Positions 14,421-28,114 of a stretch of 64,000 bases of DNA are shown here, piece after piece (positions within the stretch are counted from its first letter, which is position 1; each line of letters begins with the position of its first letter). The DNA lies in the NCBI GenBank assembly GCA_964016885.1, contig OZ024741.1, positions 25,234,001-25,298,000 of the forward strand. The letters are read 5' to 3'. Both the position numbers and the translations under genes were made by a program. The notes beneath the pieces are model-generated. The model worked only from the letters and a program-made list of their open reading frames with translations, did not search any database and was not told the DNA's origin. The stretch comes from Eledone cirrhosa (taxonomy: Eukaryota).

Positions 14421-17400
14421 CAGTAGTGTTACCAACAACAACAGTAGTGGTACCAACAACAACAGTAGTGGTACCAACAACAACAGTAGTGGTACCAACA
14501 ACAACAGTAGAGGTACAAACAACAACAGTAGTGGTACCAACAACAACAGTAGTGGTACCAACAACAACAGTAGTGGTACCAACAACAGTAGTGGTACCAA
14601 CAACAGTAGTGGTACCAACAACAACAGTAGTGGTACCAACAACAACAGTAGTGGTACCAACAACAACAGTAGTGGTACCAACAACAACAGTAGTGGCACC
14701 AACAACAACAGTAGTGGTACCAACAACAACAGTAGTGGTACCAACAACAGTAGTGGCACCAACAACAACAGTAGTGGCACCAACAACAACAGTAGTGTTA
14801 CCAACAACAACAGTAGTGGTACCAACAACAACAGTAGAGGTACCAACAACAGTAGTGGTACCAACAACAACAGTAGTGGTACCAACAACAGTAGTGGCAC
14901 CAACAACAACAGTAGTGGTACCAACAACAACAGTAGTGGTATCAACAACAACAGTAGTGTTACCAACAACAACAGTAGTGGTACCAACAACAACAGTAGT
15001 GGTACCAACAACAGTAGTGGTACCAACAACAACAGTAGTGGTACCAACAACAACAGTAGTGTTACCAACAACAACAGTAGTGGCACCAACAACAACAGTA
15101 GTGGTACCAACAACAACAGTAGTGTTACCAACAACAACAGTAGTGGTACCAACAACAACAGTAGTGGTACCAACAACAGTAGTGGTACCAACAACAACAG
15201 TAGTGGCACCAACAACAACAGTAGTGGTACCAACAACAGTAGTGGTACCAACAACAACAGTAGTGGTACCAACAACAACAGTAGTGGTACCAACAACAGT
15301 AGTGGCACCAACAACAACAGTAGTGGTACCAACAACAGTAGTGGTACCAACAACAACAGTAATGGTACCAACAACAACAGTAGTGGTACCAACAACAACA
15401 GTAGTGGTACCAACAACAACAGAAGTGGTACCAACAACAACAGTAGTGGTACCAACAACAGCAGTGGCACCAACAACAACAGTAGTGGTACCAACAACAG
15501 CAGTGGCACCAACAACAACAGTAGTGGTACCAACAACAGTAGTGGTACCAACAACAACAGTAGTGGTACCAACAACAGTAGTGGTACCAACAACAACAGT
15601 AGTGGTACCAACAACAATAGTAGTGGTACCAACAACAACAGAAGTGGTACCAACAACAACAGTAGTGGTACCAACAACAACAGTAGTACCAACAACAACA
15701 GTAGTGGTACCAACAACAGTAGTGGTACCAACAACAACAGTAGTGGTACCAACAACAGTAGTGGTACCAACAACAACAGTAGTGGTACCAACAACAACAG
15801 TAGTGGTACCAACAACAGTAGTGGTACCAACAACAACAGTAGTGGTACCAACAACAACAGTAGTGTTACCAACAACAGTAGTGGTACCAACAACAACAGT
15901 AGTGGTACCAACAACAGCAGTGGCACCAACAACAACAGTAGTGGTACCAACAACAGTAGTGGTACCAACAACAACAGTAGTGGTACCAACAACAGTAGTG
16001 GTACCAACAACAACAGTAGTGGTACCAACAACAGTAGTGGTACCAACAACAGTAGTGGTACCAACAACAACAGTAGTGGTACCAACAAAAGTAGTGGTAC
16101 CAACAACAACAGTAGTGGTACCAACAACAGTAGTGGTACCAACAACAACAGTAGTGGTACCAACAACAGTAGTGGTACCAACAACAGCAGTGGTACCAAC
16201 AACAACAGTAGTGGTACTAACAACAGTAGTGGTACCAACAACAGTAGTGGTACCAACAACAGTAGTGGTACCAACAACAGTAGTGGTACCAACAACAGTA
16301 GTGGTACCAACAACAGCAGTGGTACCAACAACAACAGTAGTGGTACCAACAACAGTAGTGGTACCAACAACAGTAGTGGTACCAACAACAGTAGTGGTAC
16401 CAACAACAGCAGTGGTACCAACAACAGTAGTGGTACCAACCACAGCAGTGGTACCAACAACAACAGTAGTGGTACCAACAACAACAGTAGTGGTACCAAC
16501 AACAACAACAGTAGTGGTACCAACAACAGCAGTGGTACCAACAACAGTAGTGGTACCAACCACAGCAGTGGCACCAACAACAACAGTAGTGGTACCAACA
16601 ACAACAGCAGTGGCACCAACAACAACAGTAGTGGTACCAACAACAGTAGTGGTACCAACAACAGTAGTGGTACCAACAACAGTAGTGGTACCAACAACAA
16701 CAGTAGTGGTACCAACAACAGTAGTGGTACCAACAACAGTAGTGGTACCAACAACAGTAGTGGTACCAACAACAGCAGTGGTACCAACAACAGTAGTGGT
16801 ACCAACAACAGTAGTGGTACCAACAACAGTAGTGGTACCAACAACAGTAGTGGTACCAACAACAGCAGTGGTACCAACAACAGTAGTGGTACCAACAACA
16901 ACAGTAGTGGTACCAACAACAGTAGTGGTACCAACAACAGTAGTGGTACCAACAACAGTAGTGGTACCAACAACAACAGTAGTGGTACCAACAAGAGTAG
17001 TGGTACCAACAACAGTAGTGGTACCAACAACAGTAGTGGTACCAACAACAACAGTAGTGGTACCAACAACAGTAGTGGTACCAACAACAGTAGTGGTACC
17101 AACAACAGCAGTGGTACCAACAACAACAGTAGTGGTACCAACAACAGTAGTGGTACCAACAACAACAGTAGTGGTACCAACAACAACAGTAGTGGTACCA
17201 ACAACAACAGTAGTGGTACCAACAACAACAGTAGTGGTACCAACAACAGTAGTGGCACCAACAACAACAGTAGTGGTACCAACAACAGTAGTGGCACCAA
17301 CAACAACAGTGGCACCAACAACAACAGTAGTGGTACCAACAACAGTAGTGGTACCAACAACAACAGTAGTGGTACCAACAACAACAGTAGTGGTACCAAC

Positions 17401-20400
17401 AACAGTAGTGGTACCAACAACAACAGTAGTGGTACCAACAACAACAGTAGTGTTACCAACAACAGTAGTGGTACCAACAACAGCAGTGGCACCAACAACA
17501 ACAGTAGTGGTACCAACAACAGTAGTGGTACCAACAACAACAGTAGTGGTACCAACAACAGTAGTGGTACCAACAACAACAGTAGTGGTACCAACAACAG
17601 TAGTGGTACCAACAACAGTAGTGGTACCAACAACAACAGTAGTGGTACCAACAACAGTAGTGGTACCAACAACAACAGTAGTGGTACCAACAACAGTAGT
17701 GGTACCAACAACAACGGTAGTGGTACCAACAACAGTAGTGGTACCAACAACAGCAGTGGTACCAACAACAACAGTAGTGGTACCAACAACAGTAGTGGTA
17801 CCAACAACAGTAGTGGTACCAACAACAGTAGTGGTACCAACAACAGCAGTGGTACCAACAACAGTAGTGGTACCAACAACAGCAGTGGTACCAACAACAA
17901 CAGTAGTGGTACCAACAACAGTAGTGGTACCAACAACAGTAGTGGTACCAACAACAGTAGTGGTACCAACAACAGCAGTGGTACCAACAACAGTAGTGGT
18001 ACCAACCACAGCAGTGGTACCAACAACAACAGTAGTGGTACCAACAACAGTAGTGGTACCAACAACAACAACAGTAGTGGTACCAACAACAGCAGTGGTA
18101 CCAACAACAGTAGTGGTACCAACCACAGCAGTGGCACCAACAACAACAGTAGTGGTACCAACAACAACAGCAGTGGCACCAACAACAACAGTAGTGGTAC
18201 CAACAACAGTAGTGGTACCAACAACAGTAGTGGTACCAACAACAGTAGTGGTACCAACAACAACAGTAGTGGTACCAACAACAGTAGTGGTACCAACAAC
18301 AGTAGTGGTACCAACAACAGTAGTGGTACCAACAACAGCAGTGGTACCAACAACAGTAGTGGTACCAATAACAGTAGTGGTACCAACAACAGTAGTGGTA
18401 CCAACAACAGTAGTGGTACCAACAACAGCAGTGGTACCAACAACAGTAGTGGTACCAACAACAGTAGTGGTACCAACAACAACAGTAGTGGTACCAACAA
18501 CAGTAGTGGTACCAACAACAGTAGTGGTACCAACAACAGCAGTGGTACCAACAACAGTAGTGGTACCAACCACAGCAGTGGTACCAACAACAACAGTAGT
18601 GGTACCAACAACAACAGCAGTGGCACCAACAACAACAGTAGTGGTACCAACAACAACAGCAGTGGCACCAACAACAACAGTAGTGGTACCAACAACAGTA
18701 GTGGTACCAACAACAGTAGTGGTACCAACAACAGCAGTGGTACCAACAACAGCAGTGGTACCAACAACAGTAGTGGTACCAACAACAGCAGTGGTACCAA
18801 CAACAACAGTAGTGGTACCAACAACAACAGCAGTGGTACCAACAACAGTAGTGGTACCACCAACAACAGTAGTGGTACCAACAACAGTAGTGGTACCAAC
18901 AACAACAGTAGTGGTACCAACAACAGTAGTGGTACCAACAACAGTAGTGGTACCAACAACAACAGTAGTGGTACCAACAACAACAGTAGTGGTACCAACA
19001 ACAACAGTAGTGGTACCAACAACAGTAGTGGTACCAACAACAACAGTAGTGGTACCAACAACAGTAGTGGTACCAACAACAACAGTAGTGGTACCAACAA
19101 CAGTAGTGGTACCAACAACAGTAGTGGTACCAACAACAACAGCAGTGGTACCAACAACAACAGTAGTGGTACCAACAACAACAGTAGTGGTACCAACAAC
19201 AACAGTAGTGGTACCAACAACAGCAGTGGCACCAACAACAACAGTAGTGGTACCAACAACAACAGTAGTGGTACCAACAACAGTAGTGGTACCAACAACA
19301 GTAGTGGTACCAACAACAACAGTAGTGGTACCAACAACAGTAGTGGTACCAACAACAGTAGTGGTACCAACAACAGTAGTGGTACCAACAACAACAGTAG
19401 TGGTACCAACAACAACAGTAGTGGTACCAACAACAGTAGTGGTACCAACAACAGTAGTGGTACCAACAACAACAGTAGTGGTACCAACAACAACAGTAGT
19501 GGTACCAACAACAACAGTAGTGGTACCAACAACAACAGTAGTGGCACCAACAACAACAGTAGTGGTACCAACAACAACAGTAGTGGTACCAACAACAGTA
19601 GTGGCACCAACAACAACAGTAGTGGCACCAACAACAACAGTAGTGGTACCAACAACAACAGTAGTGTTACCAACAACAACAGTAGTGGTACCAACAACAA
19701 CAGTAGAGGTACCAACAACAGTACTGGTACCAACAACAACAGTAGTGGTACCAACAACAGTAGTGGCACCAACAACAACAGTAGTGGTACCAACAACAAC
19801 AGTAGTGGTATCAACAACAACAGTAGTGTTACCAACAACAACAGTAGTGGTACCAACAACAACAGTAGTGGTACCAACAACAGTAGTGGTACCAACAACA
19901 ACAGTAGTGGTACCAACAACAACAGTAGTGTTACCAACAACAACAGTAGTGGCACCAACAACAACAGTAGTGGTACCAACAACAACAGTAGTGTTACCAA
20001 CAACAACAGTAGTGGTACCAACAACAGTAGTGGTACCAACAACAACAGTAGTGGCACCAACAACAACAGTAGTGGTACCAACAACAGTAGTGGTACCAAC
20101 AACAACAGTAGTGGTACCAACAACAACAGTAGTGGTACCAACAACAGTAGTGGCACCAACAACAACAGTAGTGGTACCAACAACAGTAGTGGTACCAACA
20201 ACAACAGTAATGGTACCAACAACAACAGTAGTGGTACCAACAACAACAGTAGTGGTACCAACAACAACAGTAGTGGTACCAACAACAACAGTAGTGGTAC
20301 CAACAACAACAGTAGTACCAACAACAACAGTAGTGGTACCAACAACAGTAGTGGTACCAACAACAACAGTAGTGGTACCAACAACAACAGTAGTGGTACC

Positions 20401-22209
20401 AACAACAACAGTAGTGGTACCAACAACAACAGTAGTGGTACCAACAACAACAGTATTACCAACAACAACAGTAGTGGTACCAACAACAGTAGTGGTACCA
20501 ACAACAACAGTAGTGGTACCAACAACAACAGTAGTGGTACCAACAACAACAGTAGTGGTACCAACAACAACAGTAGTACCAACAACAACAGTAGTGGTAC
20601 CAACAACAGTAGTGGTACCAACAACAACAGTAGTGGTACCAACAACAACAGTAGTGGTACCAACAACAGTAGTGGCACCAACAACAACAGTAGTGGTACC
20701 AACAACAGTAGTGGTACCAACAACAACAGTAGTGGTACCAACAACAGTAGAGTACCAACAACAACAGTAGTGGCACCAACAACAACAGTAGTGGTACGAA
20801 CAACAACAGTAGTGGTCCCAACAACAGCAGTGGTACCAACAACAACAGTAGTGGTACCAACAACAGTAGTGGTACTAACAACAGTAGTGGTACCAACAAC
20901 AACAGTAGTGGTACCAACAACAACAGTAGTGGTACCAACAACAACAGTAGTGGTACCAACAACAACAGTAGTGGTACCAACAACAGTAGAGTACCAACAA
21001 CAACAGTAGTGGCACCAACAACAACAGTAGTGGTACGAACAACAGTAGTGGTCCCAACAACAGCAGTGGTACCAACAACAACAGTAGTGGTACCAACAAC
21101 AGTAGCGGTACCAACAACAACAGTAGTGGTACGAACAACAACAGTAGTGGTCCCAACAACAGCAGTGGTACCAACAACAACAGTAGTGGTACCAACAACA
21201 GTAGTGGTACCAACAACAACAGTAGTGGTACCAACAACAACAGTAGTGGTACCAACAACAACAACAGTAGTGGTACCAACAACAGTAGTGGTACCAACAA
21301 CAGTAGTGGTACCAACTACAGTAGTGGTACCAACAACAGTAGTGGTACCAACAACAGTAGCGGTACCAACAACAGTAGTGATACCAACAACAGTAGCGGT
21401 ACCAACAACAGTAGTGGTACGAACAACAGTAGTGGTCCCAACAACAACAGTAGTGGTACCAACAACAACAACAGTAGTGGTACCAACAACAGTAGTGGTA
21501 CCAACAACAGTAGTGGTACCAACAACAGTAGTGGTACCAACTACAGTAGTGGTACCAACAACAACAGTAGCGGTACCAACAACAGTAGTGGTACCAACAA
21601 CAACAGTAGTGGTACCAACAACAGTAGTGGTACCAACAACAGTAGCGGTACCAACAACAGTAGTGGTACCAACAACAGTAGTGGTACCAACAACAGTAGC
21701 GGTACCAACAACAGTAGTGGTACCAACAACAGTAGCGGTACCAACAACAGTAGTGGTACCAACAACAGTAGTGGTACCCACAACAACAGTAGTGGTACCA
21801 ACAACAACAGCAGTAGTGGTACCAACAACAACAGTAGTGGTACCAACAACAACAGTAGTGGTACCAACAACAGTAGTGGTACCAACAACAACAGTAGTGG
21901 TACCAACAACAGTAGTGGTACCAACAACAACAGTAGTGGTACCAACAACAGCAGTGGTACCAACAACAACAGTAGTGGTACCAACAACAACAGTAGTGGT
22001 ACCAACAACAACAGTAGAGGTACCAACAACAACAGTAGTGGTACCAACAACAGTAGTGGTACCAACAACAACAGTAGTGGTACCAACAACAGTAGTGGTA
22101 CCAACAACAGTAGTGGTACCAACAACAGTAGTGGTACCAACAACAACAGTAGTGGTACCAACAACAATAGTAGTGGTACCAACAACAACAGTAGTGGTAC
22201 CAACAACAG
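14421..22209. repeat. 7.79 kb tandem duplication, second copy
   Basis: Near-identical to 6653-14420 apart from one extra 21 bp unit (GGTACCACCAAC) near 18855. A hybrid unit ACAGCAGTAGTGTTACC lies at the ~14421 junction. Confidence 0.95.
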
Positions 22210-23609
22210 CAGTGGTACCAACAACAACAGTAGTAGTACCAACAACAGTAGTGGTACCAACAACAACAGTAGTGGTACCAACAACAGTAGTGGTACCAAC
22301 AACAGTAGCGGTACCAACGACAGTAGTGGTACCAACAACAGTAGTGGTACCAACTACAGTAGTGGTACCAACAACAACAGTAGTGGTACCAACAACAGTA
22401 GCGGTACCAACAACAGTAGTGGTACCAACAACAGTAGTGGTACCAACAACAGTAGTGGTACCAACAACAACAGTAGTAGTACCAACAACAGTAGTGGTAC
22501 CAACAACAGTAGTGGTACCAACAGCAACAGTAGTGGTACCAACAACAGTAGTGGTACCAACAACAGTAGCGGTACCAACGACAGTAGTGGTACCAACAAC
22601 AGTAGTGGTACCAACAACAGTAGTGGTACCAACAACAGTAGTGGTACCAACAACAACAGTAGTGGTACCAACAACAGTAGTGGTACCAACAACAGCAGTG
22701 GTACCAACAACAGTAGTGGTACCAACAACAGTAGTGGTACCAACAACAACAGTAGCGGTACCAACAACAGTAGTGGTACCAACAACAGTAGTGGTACCAA
22801 CAACAGTAGTGGTACCAACAACAACAGTAGTAGTACCAACAACAGTAGTGGTACCAACAACAACAGTAGTGGTACCAACAGCAACAGTAGTGGTACCAAC
22901 AACAGTAGTGGTACCAACAACAGTAGCGGTACCAACGACAGTAGTGGTACCAACAACAGTAGTGGTACCAACAACAGTAGTGGTACCAACAACAGTAGTA
23001 GTACCAACAACAACAGTAGTGGTACCAACAACAACAGTAGTGGTACCAACAACAGTAGTGGTACCAACAACAACAGTAGTGGTACCAACAGCAACAGTAG
23101 TGGTACCAACAACAGTAGTGGTACCAACAACAACAGTAGTGGTACCAACAACAGTAGTGGTACCAACAACAACAGTAGTAGTACCAACAACAACAGTAGT
23201 GGTACCAACAACAGTAGTGGTACCAACAACAGTAGTGGTACCAACAACAGCAGTGGTACCAACAACAACAGTAGTGGTACCAACAACAATAGTAGTGGTA
23301 CCAACAACAGTAGTGGTACCAACAACAACAGTAATAGTACCAACAACAACAGTAGTGGTACCAACAACAGTAGTGGTACCAACAACAGTAGTGGTACCAA
23401 CAACAACAGTAGTGGTACCAACAACAGTAGTGGTACCAACAACAACAGTAGTGGTACCAACAACAGTAGTGGTACCAACAACAACAGTAGTGGTACCAAC
23501 AACAACAGTAGTGGTACCAACAACAGTAGTGGTACCAACAACAACAGTAGTGGTACCAACAACAGTAGCGGTACCAACAACAGTAGTGGTACCAACAACA
23601 GTAGTGGAA

Positions 23610-25670
23610 CCAACTACAGTAGTGGTACCAACAACAACAGTAGTGGTACCAACAACAGTAGCGGTACCAACAACAGTAGTGGTACCAACAACAGTAGTGG
23701 TACCAACTACAGTAGTGGTACCAACAACAACAGTAGCGGTACCAACAACAGTAGTGGTACCAACAACAACAGTAGTGGTACCAACAACAGTAGTGGTACC
23801 AACAACAGTAGCGGTACCAACAACAGTAGTGGTACCAACAACAGTAGCGGTACCAACAACAGTACTGGTACCAACTACAGTAGTGGTACCAACAACAACA
23901 GTAGTGGTACCAACAACAGTAGTGGTACCAACAACAGTAGTGGTACCAACAACAACAGTAGTGGTACCAACAACAACAGTAGTGGTACCAACAACAACAG
24001 TAGTGGTACCAACAACAACAGTAGTGGTATGAACAACAACAGTAGTTGTACCAACAACAACAGCAGTGGTACCAACAACAACAGTAGTGGTACCAACAAC
24101 AACAGTAGTGGTACCAACAACAACAGTAGAGGTACCAACAACAGTAGTGGTACCAACAACAACAGTAGTGGTACCAACAACAGCAGTGGTACCAACAACA
24201 ACAGTAGTGGTACCAACAACAACAGTAGAGGTACCAACAACAACAGTAGTGGTACCAACAACAGTAGTGGTACCAACAACAACAGTAGTGGTACCAACAA
24301 CAGCAGTGGTACCAACAACAACAGTAGTGGTACCAACAACAGTAGTGGTACCAACAACAGTAGTGGTACCAACAACAGTAGTGGTACCAACAACAACAGT
24401 AGTGGTACCAACAACAATAGTAGTGGTACCAACAACAGTAGTGGTACCAACAACAACAGTAGTAGTACCAACAACAGTAGTGGTACCAACAACAACAGTA
24501 GTGGTACCAACAACAGTAGTGGTACCAACAACAGTAGTGGTACCAACAACAACAGTAGTGGTACCAACAACAGTAGCGGTACCAACAACAGTGGTGGTAC
24601 CAACGACAGTAGTGGTACCATCAACAGTAGTGGTACCAACTACAGTAGTGGTACCAACAACAACAGTAGTGGTACCAACAACAGTAGCGGTACCAACAAC
24701 AGTAGTGGTACCAACAACAGTAGTGGTACCAACTACAGTAGTGGTACCAACAACAACAGTAGCGGTACCAACAACAGTAGTGGTACCAACAACAACAGTA
24801 GTGGTACCAACAACAGTAGTGGTACCAACAACAGTAGCGGTACCAACAACAGTAGTGGTACCAACAACAGTAGCGGTACCAACAACAGTAGTGGTACCAA
24901 CTACAGTAGTGGTACCAACAACAACAGTAGTGGTACCAACAACAGTAGTGGTACCAACAACAGTAGTGGTACCAACAACAACAGTAGTGGTACCAACAAC
25001 AACAGTAGTGGTACCAACAACAACAGTAGTGGTACCAACAACAACAGTAGTGGTATGAACAACAACAGTAGTTGTACCAACAACAACAGCAGTGGTACCA
25101 ATAACAACAGTAGTGGTACCAACAACAACAGTAGTGGTACCAACAACAACAGTAGTGGTACCAACAACAGTAGTGGTACCAACAACAACAGTAGTGGTAC
25201 CAACAACAGCAGTGGTACCAACAACAACAGTAGTGGTACCAACAACAACAGTAGAGGTACCAACAACAACAGTAGTGGTACCAACAACAGTAGTGGTACC
25301 AACAACAACAGTAGTGGTACCAACAACAGCAGTGGTACCAACAACAACAGTAGTGGTACCAACAACAGTAGTGGTACCAACAACAGTAGTGGTACCAACA
25401 ACAGTAGTGGTACCAACAACAACAGTAGTGGTACCAACAACAATAGTAGTGGTACCAACAACAGTAGTGGTACCAACAACAACAGTAGTAGTACCAACAA
25501 CAGTAGTGGTACCAACAACAAAAGTAGTGGTACCAACAACAGTAGTGGTACCAACAACAGTAGTGGTATCAACAACAACAGTAGTGGTACCAACAACAGT
25601 AGCCGTACCAACAACAGTAGTGGTACCAACGACAGTAGTGGTACCATCAACAGTAGTGGTACCAACTACA
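23610..25670. repeat. 1026 bp tandem duplication
   Basis: GGTATGAAC...GTTGTACC with the ATG at 24029 and 25055; ACGACAG...CCATCAAC at ~24603-24625 and ~25629-25650. ORF-track boundaries are offset by exactly 1026. Confidence 0.9.
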
Positions 25671-28114
25671 GTAGCGGTACCAACAACAGTAGTGGTACCA
25701 ACAACAGTAGTGGTACCAACTACTGTAGTGGTACCAACAACAACAGTAGTGGTACCAACAACAGTAGCGGTACCAACAACAGTAGTGGTACCAACAACAG
25801 TAGTGGTACCAACTACTGTAGTGGTACCAACAACAACAGTAGTAGTACCAACAACAACAGTAGTGGTACCAACAACAGTAGTAGTACCAACAACAACAGT
25901 AGTGGTACCAACAACAGTAGTGGTACCAACAACAGTAGTGGTACCAACAACAGCAGTGGTACCAACAACAACAGTAGTGGTACCAACAACAATAGTAGTG
26001 GTACCAACAACAGTAGTGGTACCAACAACGGTAGTGGTACCAACAACAACAGTAGTGGTACCAACAACAACAGTAGTGGTACCAAAACAGTAGTGGCACC
26101 AACAACGGTAGTGGTACCAACAACAACAGTAGTGGTACCAACAACAGTAGTGGTACCAACTACAACAGTAGTGGTACCAACAACAGTAGTGGTACCAACA
26201 ACAACAGTAGTGGTACCAACAACAACAGTAGTGGTACCAACAACAGTAGTGGTACCAAAAACAACAGTAGTGGTACCAACAACAGTAGTGGTACCAACAA
26301 CAGTAGCGGTACCAACAACAGTAGTGGTACCAACAACAGTAGCGGTACCAACGACAGTAGTGGTACCAACAACAGTAGTGGTACCAACAACAACAGTAGT
26401 GGTACCAACAACAGTAGTGGTACCAACAACAGTAGCGGTACCAACAACAGTAGTGTTACCAACAACAGTAGCGGTACCAACTACAGTAGTGGTACCAACA
26501 ACAGCAGTGGTACCAACAACAACAGTAGTGGTACCAACAACAGTAGTGGTACCAACAACAGTAGTTGTACCAACAACAGTAGTGGTACCAACAACAACAG
26601 TAGTGGTACCAATAACAGTAGTGGTACCAACAACAGTAGTGGTACCAACAACAACAGTAGTGGTACCAACAACAACAGTAGAGGTACCAACAACAACAGT
26701 AGTGGTACCAACTACAGTAGTGGTACCAACAACAGTAGTGGTATCAACAACAACAGTAGTGGTACCAACAACAACAGTAGTGGTACCAACAACAGTAGTG
26801 GTACCAACAACAGTAGTTGTACCAACAACAGTAGTGGTACCAACAACAACAGTAGTGGTACCAACAACAGTAGTGGTACCAACAACAGTAGTGGTATCAA
26901 CAACAACAGTAGTGGTACCAACAACAGTAGTGGTACCAACAACAACAGTAGTGGTACCAACAACAACAGTAGTGGTACCAACAACAACAACAGTACTGGT
27001 ACCAACAACAGTAGCGGTACCAACAACAGTAGTGGTACCAACAACAGTAGTGGTACCAACTACAGTAGTGGTACCAACAACAACAGTAGCGGTACCAACA
27101 ACAGTAGTGGTACCAACAACAACAGTAGTGGTACCAACAACAGTAGTGGTACCAACAACAGTAGCGGTACCAACAACAGCAGTGGTACCAACAACAGTAG
27201 CGGTACCAACAACAGTAGTGGTACCAACAACAGTAGTGGTACCAACTACAGTAGTGGTACCAACAACAACAGTAGTGGTACCAACAACAGTAGTGTTACT
27301 AAAAACAGTAGCGGTACCAACAACAGTAGTGGTACCAACAACAGTAGCGGTACCAACAACAGTAGTGGTACCAACAACAGTAGTGGTACCAACAACAACA
27401 ACAGTAGTGGTACCAACAACAACAGTAGTGGTACCAACTACAGTAGTGGTACCAACAACAGTAGTGGTACCAACAACAACAGTAGCGGTACCAACAACAG
27501 TAGCGGTACCAACAACAGTAGTGGTACCAACAACAACAGTAGTGGTACCAATTACAGTAGTGGTACCAACAACAGTAGTGGTACCAACAACAACAGTAGT
27601 GGTACCAACTACAGTAGTGGTACCAACAACAGTAGTAGTACCAACAACAACAGTAGTGGTACCAACAACAACAGTAGTGGTACCAACTACAGTAGTGGTA
27701 CCAACAACAGTAGTGGTACCAACAACAACAGTAGCGGTACCAACAACAGTAGTGGTACCAACAACAGTAGTGGTACCAACAACAACAACAGTAGTGGTAC
27801 CAACAACAACAGTAGTGGTACCAACAACAGTAGTGGTACCAATAACAGTAGTGGTACCAACAACAACAGTAGTGGTACCAACAACAACAGTAGTGGTACC
27901 AACAACAACAGTAGTAGTAACAACAACAGTAGTAGAAACAACAACAGTAGTGGTACCAACAACAACAGTAGTGGTACCAACAACAACAGCAGTGGTACCA
28001 ACAATAGTAGTGGTACCAACAACAGTAGTGGTACCAACAACAACAACAGTAGTGGTACCAACAACAACAGTAGTGGTACCAACAACAGTAGTGGCACCAA
28101 CAACAACAACAGTA

